A stretch of 64,000 bases of DNA from contig NMRA01000767.1 in NCBI GenBank assembly GCA_002633005.1, forward strand, positions 1 to 64,000, given 5' to 3'. The DNA comes from Phoronis australis (Eukaryota > Animalia > Phoronida). The notes below the pieces were generated by a model. That model did no database searches. It was not told the origin of the DNA and was given only the letters and a program-made list of their open reading frames with translations. Below, piece by piece: positions 42,101 through 51,875 of this stretch (positions are counted from its first letter, which is position 1; every line of letters starts with the position of its first letter). The position numbers were made by a program, and so were the translations under genes.

Positions 42101-45100
42101 AACCTTTCCGGCAGCTTGCTGTTAACCAAACCACTGTGGGGTTAGAGGTGAGGGAGCTAATCCATCATGTGGCAGTATTTTGGATAGTGTACATTCGCCA
42201 CCATATACAGACAGACAGTATTTTGGATCAAGCTAAATATACTGCCAGATCAGTGGTAATGTGAGCGAAATGAACTGAATCTGCGGGCCAGCAGCGCTCT
42301 TTGTAACCTGCTTCGACTCACCCAGGTTTGGGTCAATTCTGACCAGCCTGAAAACCAAGGGAGCTGAGTAATCGAAAAAGCATGCAAGGACATCTGTTGG
42401 CAGTGCTGGACATTGAGCAAGGTTATTCACCTGAAATTATGATTTAAAAGGAGTCTCACACATGACAGGCTTCTGACCAATATCTCATCAGCAACACATT
42501 CTATAAATAGACAACCTAGTAGGTTTGCCCATGTGACATCATGAACAGACAACATGGCGGAGGTGTGGTGGCATATATTTAACAACAGTCATCAGCTTAA
42601 TGTATCTGACATCAGCACTTTGTCCAATATTAGTGTGACCAGCAGCTTATCTTGTTTTGTCACATTGAGGTGACAGAAAAAGTGGGAAGCTGGTGGAATG
42701 AGCTTATCCGCCCAGTACATGTTTTGATGCGATTGTACATTTGATAAAACATGAAGTCGGAGTTTATGCTTTTAAATTCACCTATCGTGTATTGTGGGCA
42801 TGGTCACCACAATGTGTACCAAGGTACCTAAACTACACAGTTAATGGACTGCTAAACACAGAGTCGACTCACAAAACACGATTCATTCACCCAAAATACA
42901 CAGTCATGGACTCACCTTCAAGTAGAAACACGACACACAGACCGCCGAACAAAGTTTACAGATAAAATGTAAAAATCCACTTCGGCAGCAGTGTAGATTG
43001 TGCGAGATTAAATATAATTTTGATCATACCTTTATCTGTAACCTTATGTAACTGTTGTGAATTAGAAACAATAAACATTATTTCTATTGAAACTGCTTAC
43101 TTGTTCTACAATTTATTGGCGTCCGAAATCTTTTTGTAACATCAATTCCCAATTTTGACAATGAGACTAGCAACTTCCGTTATCTTCTGCTTTCTTCCCA
43201 AAATGACATGGACCGTTCAAATTCCGTAAAAAGGCTCTTTGTTACATTTCCCTTTCTACGTAATAATAATCACTACTGTGGGCTACTTGCTCAGCAAGAC
43301 GATGAGTCCATGACCGTGTATTTGGCATGCTTTATCGGAGTGAAACGTGTTTGACAGTCCTTATGTCGTGTTTGGCAATCCTTATGTCGTGTTTGGCAGT
43401 CCTTATGTCGTGTTTGGCAGTCCTTATGTCGTATTTGGCAGTCCTTATATCGTGTTTAGCAGTCCTTATGCGGTGTTTGTGAGTCAGTGACCGTGTATTT
43501 TGGGTGAATGAATTGTGCTTTGAGAGTCCGATCCCGTGTATTTGAGTCAGTGATCAGTGTTTACAGGTACGCGCGTCGTGTTTTGCGTCCGACACCATGT
43601 TTAGCAATCTGTTTAACGTGTAGTTTAGGAACCCTCTGTACGTGGCACACTTCGCAATACCTTCAACTTATATACAGCTCCCATTGCCAAAGGTAACTTG
43701 CCATATTAGGGCGGAAAACTACCTAATTTTTAATAATAATTCACTTGACTTGTCACGCACATTCTTATATTACCGTACTTGTGTGCAAAAACGGCGAAGG
43801 CTTATGCACGAGTGACTGTAATAGTAACTGGGCGTCCTTGACTTCTTAAAGGTTTCATTTTTAAATACCCACTGTTCAGCCTAATGTCCATGACCTAAAT
43901 ATTTAATATCACAATTGAAACCCACTGTGCATTCACCTGCTTCATTACAGAGAAACAATAGTAAGTGACATTCATGAAAACTATTACATCTCAATTCTGT
44001 TTTGAACAGTGTCGCCAAATCTATTGATAATTTAGCCACAAAGCTACGATAGCAATTACCAGGTTCATGACTGAAACAATTTTATGCTTATTTTTAGTAT
44101 GATAAACATTGAGTTTTTTATCTTGAAGCATTAAAAGCAAGGACAAAATCAAAATATCAAGAATCAATAAAATTCAACAAACCGATCTTTAATTAAATAA
44201 CAAATCGATCCTTAATTCAATATCAATTCGAGCATTGATTTCATTTCTAGTTCTTCACTTTCACACTACGTAAATTTCAAAACCCCCTTTTGAAAAAGAC
44301 AATATTTGGCTAGAGAGGCTCATCAAATGACTGGGCTATCCGTTCTGACAGCTAAATGTGTCTGGACTGAACATCCTGAAGTTACGCTTCCGAACTAATT
44401 CTATTCATGGCAAGCTCTTTCTAGTACAATTTCTCAGCTAATGAGAAAGAGGCTGTCAAAAATGATGAAAATCACAGCCATTGTCGAGAGTGTGAATGCA
44501 AGCATTTTTGCGGATATTTTTAATCTGGGTGAGATTGATGTTTGTTTATTAAACTCACAAGAACTGGTGAGTGTNCATATTTTCAAAATACAAAAATGTT
44601 CCTTGTGAATGCATTTAGAAGCTAAATGACACAACCTTGATGTACTGAAAGTGTCTTCACTAACTTTGAACATTTTCACTCATAGAAACGTAAAAAGTGC
44701 CGAAGGAAGCAAATAGTCCATCACAACAGTTACTAACTCAGTCCATTTTAGTGGACAATAGCATGATAAATCACATTGATAGTCTAAACCATTTTAAACA
44801 AAAATGTAGAATTGAATTATGACTGCCTTAGCCAGCCCACCTGTGTGAAACATTTACTCTATATTAGTGGCACTTAACTCCTACAGTTGACCTGACTGAG
44901 TAAACATAAGAAAGCACAGTGTCAATAGAAGAGGCATGCATGTGACAGGAAAAACACCAGCCCCACCTATTGGAAGATAACTGAGAAGTTGAAACAACCT
45001 AAAATCAAGTGGATACTGTGCATGTCTACTACAGAAGGTTAATTAAGTTCCTTGGACAACAGCTTCCATAGAAGTTAACAAAATGTTAAGAAACCCTTGA

Positions 45101-46401
45101 ACTTGAAGTTGCAAAGGATTGGCCATGTTCAGACATTTATCAGGGCTGCTAAGAATGAGACTTTACCTGGTGAAGCGGGCACAAGTGAACAAGGAAGCGT
45201 TTGTGTTGTGTTATGCAATAATCATGTTTTCCGTTACCAAACTTACCACAAGAGTTTGAGAACACTTTCATTTGCACTAATGCAGAAAGTATGATAGCGT
45301 TTATGTAGCAGATGCCAAACTGACAAGACTGTGTACTCCAGAGAACAAATAAAATTTAAATACTTTTCTAATAGTTAACTAACTTTATTGAAAACTGAAT
45401 CTGCAATCATGTTCAATCGGCAACATTCACAGCAAAGCGTAGAGCGAGAAATGTGCCATTTGGCATCAAGTAATGTGCATGGTCGCAACATCGTCAGAAC
45501 GCTTACATTAACTAAAACAGCAACATTACCTTTAATACTTTTCAATGAGCACGCTGATTGGGTACAAGAAAAATAGGTCAACATTTCAAGGGGCCTTCCA
45601 CTTATTTTCTGTTCTTCCAAATCATAATGCTTCTAGAGTAATTATTGTAATCGCTAGTTGCATTGGATTAAACTGTAAACAAATTACCGTCAGAAGCCTC
45701 TCCATTTACCCTCTTTCTACTCTTTGTTTTTAGTTGATGTAAGCGTTCTAAAGATGTTGCGAGCATACGCATTAGTTGATGTCAAATGGCACATTTCTCA
45801 CTTACATTTTGCTGTGAATGTTGCCGATTGAGCTAGGAAAATCTGGAGGTATTGATGGTATTTATTGGTTTTGATATCAACAAATGTAACTCATGAACGT
45901 GTTGCTGTCGCAAATAAAATGCAAGAGTTATATTACTCAGATTTAAGTGCCCGGCAGGCGGACATATTGGATAGCAGTTCAGTTGTTTACCTTTCTCTTT
46001 ATTTAGTGTTTACTTGAGAGATGATTAAAAAGATAAAGGTGCCTGTGATTAGAATAATCCATGAGGGCAAGGCAAAGTGTACCAAACTCCCCTAGTTGAC
46101 CCGAGTTAAACAATAGTGAGTCACTGAAAACTTCAATGCGCAAAGACAAAACGCAGCACTTGCACTAGCACTAGCACTAGCACTAGCAGGCAACATTGCA
46201 AATTATGCCAAATATGACCCCGATCAGACACATTTGCTGTTTTTGAAACACTTAAATCATTTCACTCTAATCATGTCAACTCACCCATTCAGTCTTTTTG
46301 CCAAATGAATATAATGCCACCTGTGTGGCTGTATCAACTATATCTGTAATGTACGGATCTCTCTGCTGCAGAGCAGCCAGATTCATTCGCAATTCAGCCA
46401 T
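9852..46401 (-). CDS. DCP1: mRNA-decapping enzyme subunit 1 (DCP1), whole coding span; 11 exons, 449 aa
   Basis: join(46401-46285, 30162-30122, 16603-16476, 15971-15908, 14598-14451, 13731-13620, 13187-13085, 12249-11925, 11123-10979, 10390-10302, 9929-9852) = 1350 nt, all GT-AG, consistent phases, no internal stop; EVH1 N-terminus MNLAALQQRDPYI...W-EKTEIEGSLFVYTR...IWFY; C-terminal trimerisation domain LTKDQMQQALVYLIKNDSNFMTMLHEAY. Confidence 0.95.
10302..10390 (-). CDS. DCP1: DCP1 coding exon 10: SAQSASGDFAGVNPLTKDQMQQALVYLIK
   Basis: ttgtag acceptor, AAG|gtaac donor, 89 nt, phase 1 to 0. Confidence 0.95.
10979..11123 (-). CDS. DCP1: DCP1 coding exon 9: TSCKVVAVRSASLPQDVLLSPMAF...LGAQ
   Basis: ctaac branch point and ccttgtag acceptor, G|gtgag donor, 145 nt, phase 0 to 1; LLSPMAF motif. 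Confidence 0.88.
11639..11858. repeat. 24-bp minisatellite, ~9 copies, DCP1 intron 8
   Basis: unit atgaaatggactcaccgaccagac. Confidence 0.95.
11925..12249 (-). CDS. DCP1: DCP1 coding exon 8 (S/Q/P-rich linker)
   Basis: cttttatag acceptor, CAG|gtac donor, 325 nt, phase 2 to 0, open frame SQSILPNIDGHPSLQKLKSIPGTTLEEIEKLH...PVTVQQ. Confidence 0.85.
12540..12706 (-). other. diverged duplicate of the 3' part of DCP1 exon 7 plus downstream intron; candidate alternative exon 12701-12638
   Basis: aligns with 13020-13140; donor kept (CAG|gttagt); peptide ASVAITEWSSLL vs ASVPITDLSSSL. Confidence 0.75.
12707..12880 (+). mobile_element. interspersed repeat fragment (same family as 5047, 13815, 18642)
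   Basis: gtaaggtagtgtaagaccctaaaaatagcccagc...tctccaaaatgcaatagggaattg is closely similar to 13815-13985. Confidence 0.75.
13085..13187 (-). CDS. DCP1: DCP1 coding exon 7: AAPSIDLDTLFRNASLKHKDQASVPITDLSSSL
   Basis: tctttccacag acceptor, CAG|gtgagt donor, 103 nt, phase 1 to 2; LDTLF short helical motif. Confidence 0.9.
13620..13731 (-). CDS. DCP1: DCP1 coding exon 6: SSDPKPIGNNSHATSHKSPNIVKPKPVRAPSVDSSQL
   Basis: ctctttgtcag acceptor, G|gtgagt donor, 112 nt, phase 0 to 1. Confidence 0.9.
13815..13985 (+). mobile_element. interspersed repeat fragment (same family as 12707)
   Basis: high similarity to 12707-12880. Confidence 0.75.
14195..14353 (+). mobile_element. probable LINE/SINE 3' tail fragment
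   Basis: T-rich tract, nested stem-loop GAGGG-CCTCTT..CAGTG ctat CACTG-AAGAGG..CCCTC (14278-14323), then (AATA)n tail; resembles CR1/L2-group 3' ends. Confidence 0.5.
14451..14598 (-). CDS. DCP1: DCP1 coding exon 5: LVNDITEIV...GVDILQLLSRAQEEYDTSR
   Basis: gtgttttag acceptor, AGG|gtgggt donor, 148 nt, phase 2 to 0; contains the conserved metazoan DIL.LLSRA..EY motif. Confidence 0.93.
15908..15971 (-). CDS. DCP1: DCP1 coding exon 4: SIFGIWFYNKEECSRIGQLLNR
   Basis: tcttccag acceptor, AG|gtattg donor, 64 nt, phase 1 to 2; EVH1 IWFY motif. Confidence 0.95.
16476..16603 (-). CDS. DCP1: DCP1 coding exon 3: SAVPFKGFMILNRLGLNNLIEPLTKEHEFHPQEPFLLYRNSN
   Basis: tcttgtcttacag acceptor, T|gtgagt donor, 128 nt, phase 2 to 1; EVH1 NR-loop (ILNRL) and PFLLYRN. 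Confidence 0.97.
16618..16702. repeat. 21-bp minisatellite, ~4 copies, next to the DCP1 exon 3 acceptor
   Basis: unit agcgtcttatttgagcacctc. Confidence 0.85.
18642..19001 (+). mobile_element. longer copy of the Helentron-associated-like family
   Basis: starts taaggctatggaggaccctagaaaaatgtccaaatttggc; ends aataagatcc...atccttattacttgg (terminal hairpin-like). Confidence 0.5.
19086..19401. repeat. 30-bp minisatellite, ~10 copies, with an assembly n at 19260
   Basis: unit gggtactatgatattcctaactgtgatgga. Confidence 0.95.
20603..20760 (+). mobile_element. hAT-like transposon end
   Basis: CAGGGCTCGAC terminus followed by repeated ccaggtcgca subterminal motifs in both orientations; partner end not found. 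Confidence 0.5.
22736..23560. repeat. old degenerate satellite-like array
   Basis: recurrent attgactgatg(a/g)agatatttgtgttcagatatgcctg motif, about 7-8 diverged copies at irregular ~85-110 bp spacing. Confidence 0.7.
24880..25010 (-). pseudogene. degenerate THAP-domain fragment (DNA transposon remnant)
   Basis: VAYGCSNVSRLGIHLCNFPTD..FV resembles the THAP C-x-x-x-GCSN...LH.FP.D...W..FV pattern with key residues lost. Confidence 0.5.
26285..26766. mobile_element. PIF/Harbinger-like MITE
   Basis: imperfect TIRs agccctttcatactgac / gttagtatgaaagaccc, internal ttcatactg repeats, TTA on the right flank. Confidence 0.55.
28069..28337. repeat. 38-bp minisatellite, ~7 copies
   Basis: unit gtaggattatgggtaattcatgacctaaatgaggtaa(a/g). 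Confidence 0.95.
29305..29440. repeat. degenerate ~22-bp tandem repeat
   Basis: tgataaattatgggccctggcg and variants. Confidence 0.7.
30122..30162 (-). CDS. DCP1: DCP1 coding exon 2: EKTEIEGSLFVYTR
   Basis: tttttctactttcag acceptor, AG|gtgagt donor, 41 nt, phase 0 to 2; conserved EVH1 strand; missed by the ORF track. Confidence 0.97.
31198..31409. mobile_element. Tc1/mariner (pogo-like) MITE
   Basis: ta|ccataaactc left end, repeated gggcgattacccgg motifs, decayed right end; a related right end (ttacgg|ta) lies at 60230-60291. Confidence 0.55.
31757..34146. repeat. ~1.0-1.2 kb near-identical duplication (31757-32978 vs 33124-34146) across an assembly join
   Basis: colinear high identity; the second copy lacks ~200 bp (about 32421-32625); join is polyT-n-polyC at 33107. 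Confidence 0.9.
32978..33106. mobile_element. hairpin-rich element terminus (Helentron-associated-like)
   Basis: palindromes tacttgtcggaattc-ttc-gaattccgacaagta and tacttggcggaa-ttc-ttccgccaagta, each followed by tgttgctctg, then polyT; absent at the equivalent site of the second copy. Confidence 0.55.
40446..40625. repeat. degenerate ~40-44-bp tandem repeat, ~4 copies
   Basis: tatagtgtgttatatggtactactatagagacatgggtctgcaa variants. Confidence 0.85.
40883..41208. mobile_element. Kolobok-like MITE
   Basis: TTAA flanks (40879-40882, 41209-41212) and short TIRs agatgctatatctc / gagacatagcttct. Confidence 0.55.
42819..43638. mobile_element. TA-flanked inverted-repeat DNA element with internal 21-bp array
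   Basis: inverted repeats 42819-42880 vs ~43575-43638 and 42872-42911 vs ~43483-43522; TA at 42817-42818 and 43639-43640; unit gtccttatgtcgtgtttggca x6 at 43357-43479. Confidence 0.65.
45411..45833. mobile_element. MITE with ~105-bp terminal inverted repeats
   Basis: gttcaatcggcaacattcacagcaaa...aactaaaac (45411-45520) is the reverse complement of ~45725-45833; TSD not recognisable. Confidence 0.8.
46285..46401 (-). CDS. DCP1: DCP1 coding exon 1: MAELRMNLAALQQRDPYITDIVDTATQVALYSFGKKTEW
   Basis: aacATGG Kozak context, TGG|gtgagt donor, 117 nt, phase 0; canonical DCP1 N-terminus; missed by the ORF track. Confidence 0.97.
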
Positions 46402-46780
46402 GTTGCTTTCTAGATAACAGTTACGCACACAACATGACAAACCCAAATACCATTTGACGATAAATTGCCACTCAATAGATGGCGGTACACTACATCAACT
46501 TTACTTTCCAGACACCAGAGTTAAGTGGTGAACATGACTCCCGACATTTGCTGTTGGTCAAAATGGTGTACTCGAACCAGATGCTTTTTCAACCTTAACT
46601 TGCGTAACTTCTGTCATAATACGGATGATAAACGAGGGTTTTGATGACATAACCAATGCTCACAAGTCACTTGAGAAGACTTATATTTTGTTTCTGTTAG
46701 CAGTACGTCATTGGTTCTATTTACGTAGGTCATTGAAAGTTATTGAAATTTGAAATAACAAATTCAGTGTGTTTAGTTTG

Positions 46781-46965
46781 GTAAATAATATTATTTTCAA
46801 TTATAATTTAATTTTGTAAATAATACTATTTTCAGTTATAATTTAGTTTTGTAAATAATATTATAGTTTGGTAAATAATATTATTCCAATTATAATTTAA
46901 TTTTGTAAATAATATTTTTTTCAGTTATAATTTAGTTTTATAAAAAATAATATTATTTTCAGTTA
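46781..46965. repeat. AT-rich ~35-bp tandem repeat
   Basis: gtaaataatattattttcaattataatttaatttt variants. Confidence 0.85.
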
Positions 46966-47645
46966 TGACTTCAGACTAATTTTCATGAACACCAGCTGCT
47001 TTTTTCAGAACCTAGGGTGGAGGGTTGAAATTCTGTCGAAATTTGGTCCCCTCTCCAGTTCTGGCGATGCTAAGATTACTTCTCCAACTTTCGTAATCTC
47101 AATGAAAGTTTTTTAGTTATACGCTGTTTTTGTGTACTTGAACTTTGAAACATATTAGACTGAAGCTTGTAAAATCTCAGTGTGCTTTTGTTCCGAGTCT
47201 ATGCGCGTGTTCAGGCTTACAGGCCTATATCAGAACTTTTTTAAGAAAATAATCCTCAAATGTTTTCCATTCATCGTTTTTCTTGCAAACCCAGTTGACC
47301 ATCTCTTGCGTACGCACGTCTTAATTTGATGTTTTCAGTATTTTGCCAATTCTTTTAACTATTGAATTGAATCTATGTAAAATCTGCCGCTTTGTAAGGG
47401 TAAGTCAAGGATAACTCATTTGATGTTCATTGATATTTGGTGGCGGTGTTTTAGTTTCCGCATGAGACTTTAAAATGACGTCAATATGTTGATAGATTAC
47501 ACGCCGAACCGGTACAAACAGTTTCTTATTAATAATTACCGTTACATGAGTATCAAGCACACCACTTGGGTGTAACTGAGTCCCGAATGTGAGATGCAAG
47601 AGTCGGACGAATAAAAATAGCGTCATCACGTATTTCGCTTGCAAT

Positions 47646-48497
47646 CATAGGCGGAGTTAGAGGAGGGGGGGGGCAGGGTAAACCCCCCTCCCGACCCCCC
47701 ATTCGGTACTATGCGCATCTACAATCGTGGTTTGCGCAAATGCTTACAGCCGGACAAAATGTTGCCCCCCCTTGTGATATCCTAGATCCGCCACTGGCAA
47801 TGCATGTCGGTATCCAATGGCGGATTTAAGGGGAGGGGGAGGGGAAAGTGGGCCATTGGCCCCTAAAATTCTCCCAGATTTCATTTGGCATTTCGGGGTG
47901 CGAATGTCTGACGGGCTAATACTCTGCTCTTCCTCCCCCAACTCAAACCCTTGGATCCGCCCCTGGTACCTCACGAAAATTTGTGGGATCTTGTGTTTTC
48001 GCGAGTATTATGTACCAACGAATGGGCACTTGGTTCACTTCTTTCAAATATTTGTGTCTTGTTCTTGACAGTGCAGCCAAAAGGTGTGACAAAGAGTATC
48101 CTAACAGCAAATATTGGAATTTTTGTGGTGTATAATGTGCAGTAGAAATAGACTGTTTCCATGGTGAATAGGTGATCAGTTTATCAAAGCAACCCCAATG
48201 CTTACTAAATCGAATGATGTAGCTGAAACAAACAATAAAGCACATTTACAAGGACTTAACAGTGGCAGATCTACGTTTTCAGTAAGTGGGGGGTTAGGAT
48301 TCGAGCGAATCCGAGGCGCGTAGCGCCAAGGGGAAGGAAGGTCGGGAGGGGGTTCCCCCGCCCCTCCCGTGTAAGATTGTTTGTGGCTTTTAGTAGCTGA
48401 TTTCGTTTTTCTGGGGAATTTGTTTTCAATTTTTATTTTTGATCCTGTCCCGAGGGGGAGGTTGAACCCCCTGAACCCCCCTGTATATCCGCCTCTG
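47646..48497. mobile_element. cluster of short hAT-like MITEs (CAGTGGCGGATC-type ends, G/C runs)
   Basis: cataggcgga...gatccgccactg (47646-47795), caatggcggattt...ggatccgcccctg (47816-47965), cagtggcagatct...atatccgcctctg (48260-48497). Confidence 0.6.
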
Positions 48498-50134
48498 CTT
48501 CAATAAGTTCACTTTTACGAGTCAGCCGGGAGTCAAGTCAACGAACTTTTTCCGAAAAATTACAATGTACCTAAACTATTTTGCGTAGAGTCGATGAGCC
48601 ACGATTCAGTGGCCATTTTGGGGAACCTCTGAAAATTTATTTTTCAGTGTTAACACATGTATTGTCGTCTGCATTGGCAGTCGTACTGGTTCGAAGCGAA
48701 AACGTTAGCCATGGAAATGTCGTCTGGTGTGATTCTTGGAAGGAGACCAAAAGAAAAAAGTCTACATGATTTAACTACAAAATCTGAAATATGTATTATC
48801 ATGTATTCACTCAAATCTTTACTGAAAAGTCGAATTTGATAAATTTTCAGTGCACAAAAAGTTAACTCAAGGAAGTACGTCACTGAAGAACTATATTCGC
48901 TGGAAAATAGGATTATTATGTATATCCATGAAACTTTTACGCGGTGTCAGGGCGCGGCAAAATACAACCATATGGTAAATTACTATGTTGGTAGAGTAGA
49001 GGTTGCATGCACTTTTTTAGTCCAGTATCAAAACTATTGGACCATAATCCATTGTCCTAATGCATACTACATTGTACATAGTATAAATAAAAGTGTTTAG
49101 AGAATGAGTACAGCTTTCCGTGCTGCAAAAGTTTTGATAAGATTCTGCCTGATGTTTTGCGGTTTTGGGTCCGGGATTTCAGAAATTGACGATCGAACTG
49201 AGTTAACGNCGAAAAAAATGTCTGTTTGAAAAACGTGGATTTGCCGTGACTAAAACGGTACGTGTTATTTCAAATTTAACGACCTCAAAACTGGTGGCAC
49301 AACACATTTGAAAATACAACCTGACTACGTATGATCAAAGATGTTGACATCCCTTTCTATGGTCTCTGGTACGATACACAAGACACACTAGGCACCACTT
49401 AGAGCTCACACCGGAACTGAATACGAAAAAATGGGAGAGTAAGCCGGGAAATATACTGTATGTGTGTACTCGAGCCTGCTTTGATACTCTAGTCCGTTAG
49501 GTTAGCTCACAACTATATGAGAAGTGAATGTGTTTTATTTACTGAGTTCACACAAATACAAATAGCAAATGTGAGAAAAAAGAAAACACTAAAGAATCGA
49601 CGCGACAAAAATGAACACAAGTGACCGCCTGGGTGCAAATACAATTGGCGACTAGGAAGCCGGACTTATTTCCATTACTGTCATTTGATTTTGTGTTGTT
49701 AGCGTGCGTTATTAATTTCTACACAGGGCCTAGTATAAAAAGCAGCAGGGAAACTTCGGGGTTCCCGCGCCGACGGAGTGTTTTTGCAATCCAGCCTAGC
49801 CGCTGATGCCGTAGCGGCTTTGTTCTGCAAACAAATTCTTTTTTGAGAGATTGACTTGAAAAATCCCTATGTTTACATACCACTGCCGTAATAGCGGTCC
49901 ATTAGCCGTCATGTTTTGAATGAAATCCTATCCGTATTTTTAGACAACAAAATCGCCGCGAACATTTGTGTGTAATTACATTGCAATGCATTTTGGGAGC
50001 GAATCAAAATATTCAGGCTATTCGAACATCCCCGGATGTACAGACAGTGAGGAGAAGAATATGGAAGCATCGTCTGCGTGATAGAGAAAACTGAAACATT
50101 TTTCTCTGAGCCGCCAGAGATTGTTGATCCAGAA

Positions 50135-50153
50135 ATGGCGATGTATAGTACAG
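50135..50153 (+). CDS. CACNA1: probable first coding exon of L-type calcium channel alpha-1 (MAMYST+G)
   Basis: gaaATGG Kozak context, in-frame upstream stop at 50048-50050, CAG|gtaatg donor in phase 1 matching exon 2 (G+AT = Asp); too short for homology support. Confidence 0.6.
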
Positions 50154-51875
50154 GTAATGTGTGGGCCTATTAGCAACATTTATGCTTTTTTATAGTGAAA
50201 ACCAGGGATTTGCAGCGATTTTCGTCACCTGAACGAGTGAATAACTGAACGAAATCTCGGTGATCCACTCGACAACTCTCAACTCGAACTCCGAAGTCGA
50301 ACTCAAGACTCGACGATTCTGCGGAGTTAGAGAATGAATTTCTCATAAAGTTTGCGTATTATACTAGTGGACATTGCTCGATCCGAATCATGTACCCTCT
50401 GACCTGCCTATATGAGAAAATCACGCACTTGTCTACAGGCAACTGCAATCGTCTTCATGATTTATTCAAAGGCCTAGGTTTGACTGGTTGTAGTAGGGAA
50501 TTGTAAATAACCATATTTTCAGTGGTGGCATTTAAGAGGCACTGTTGTACAATGCATGCTTGGTATGGTGTGAATGTCAGTTAAATGTTGTCAGACACTG
50601 GGTAGTACTTCTAAACTGCTGAATAACCTTGCATTTCATTTGAACTGGTGATTATTACATAAGGGGTTCTGATTGACTGGTCAAATATAATCTAGACTGT
50701 TGGATCCACTGAACAATGGGCATGTTTTTCAGTGATTACCTTGTTCTCAAATTCAGGGACTGTTATAATTCGTAAGTGTTTGTCCTTGTACTGAGACTTA
50801 ATGGTAATTTATGCTGGTCCCTGATTTTATGTACACCTAAACCCTTTTACCTATTGAATGAAGGGCACAGTCTTTCAGTCTTTAGAAATTGGGGGTTCAT
50901 AAAAAATGTTTCTAGTGTTGATAAACTACATTTAGTTAACTTTTTGGCAGCTGCCTTTTCTGGTAAATTTTAAAAATTGCCCGAACCTTGCACGTCGTTT
51001 TGAAGAATGCAGTCTACTTGCTCAATTTTTACTTATTCTTAATCTCTACTTGCGGTTTGTGTACATATGGTGCATTAGAAATAAAATGGATGGGTTTTAG
51101 ACTTTAAGATTATGTTCTGTAAAGTAATTTAAATTAATGCCAGTCTTCAGATACTTGCAAAATCACAACTTTTTGAAGCCTAACGCCATTGCATTAATTT
51201 GGCGAAATCTGGCATCACAGTGCTTGATGGTTTTTATTGCTTTTGCGACTTCACTGAAAATTTGTGACGTCCGGTTTTAACAATACACTTAAACTTAATT
51301 AAAAACACATTAGAAATTTTTGCAGCTGTTTCTTGAATGCTGAAATATTATGAAGTTTTGCTTCTTATCAGTTAAGTTATCTGCCTTTTCTGTGATAAGA
51401 CATTTAATGGCCTTAAGATCTTAGATTAGGTACACATCACCTGGTATGTTATTGTATTGAGTGATTACTGAATCAGCCTTGGTCAGTACGTTATAGTCAC
51501 TGTTAGAAAAGACTATACCGAGAACTCAGCTGAAGAATGCTTGGAGACAGTAATTCTCAGTCTTATCTGGGTTTCTTGGCTTAGTGTAGACATCAATGTG
51601 GGTGCGATTTTTAATTTTGCTTTACAAAAAGGTTCAGTTATTAATGTTTATAAGTGGTATCCCTGGAATGTGTGCATGCAAAATCAGTTTATGACTGATT
51701 CTTAAGTCACTGATGCAGGTAGCATATTGCCTGGCAAAGAAATGACCTGCTGTTGTTTAGGTCATAATTACAGTCAGGAACAGTCTACACCACATTGCTG
51801 TCGTTGATTGCTTTTTGCTTATTGTGATTTCATTTCTACGGTGATAATGACAAAGGGTTTCTCTCGTGTTTGCAG

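Larger units (their letters stand above)
46402..50134. promoter_or_regulatory. divergent intergenic/promoter region between DCP1 and Cav1
   Basis: start codons face away from each other; CpG-richer than the surrounding introns; gatggcgg (YY1/CTCF-like) at 46478-46485; TATAAAAAG at 49734-49742. Confidence 0.6.

Noticed and set aside
42551-42675. aacATGGCGG (YY1/Kozak-like) as an alternative upstream Cav1 first exon
   Set aside because: The clearest donors are phase 0 or 2, incompatible with phase-1 exon 2; no other support
51360-51420. ttcttatcagtt..tatctg resembling U2 snRNA
   Set aside because: Short interrupted match; lacks the GTAGTA branch-pairing region and the Sm site
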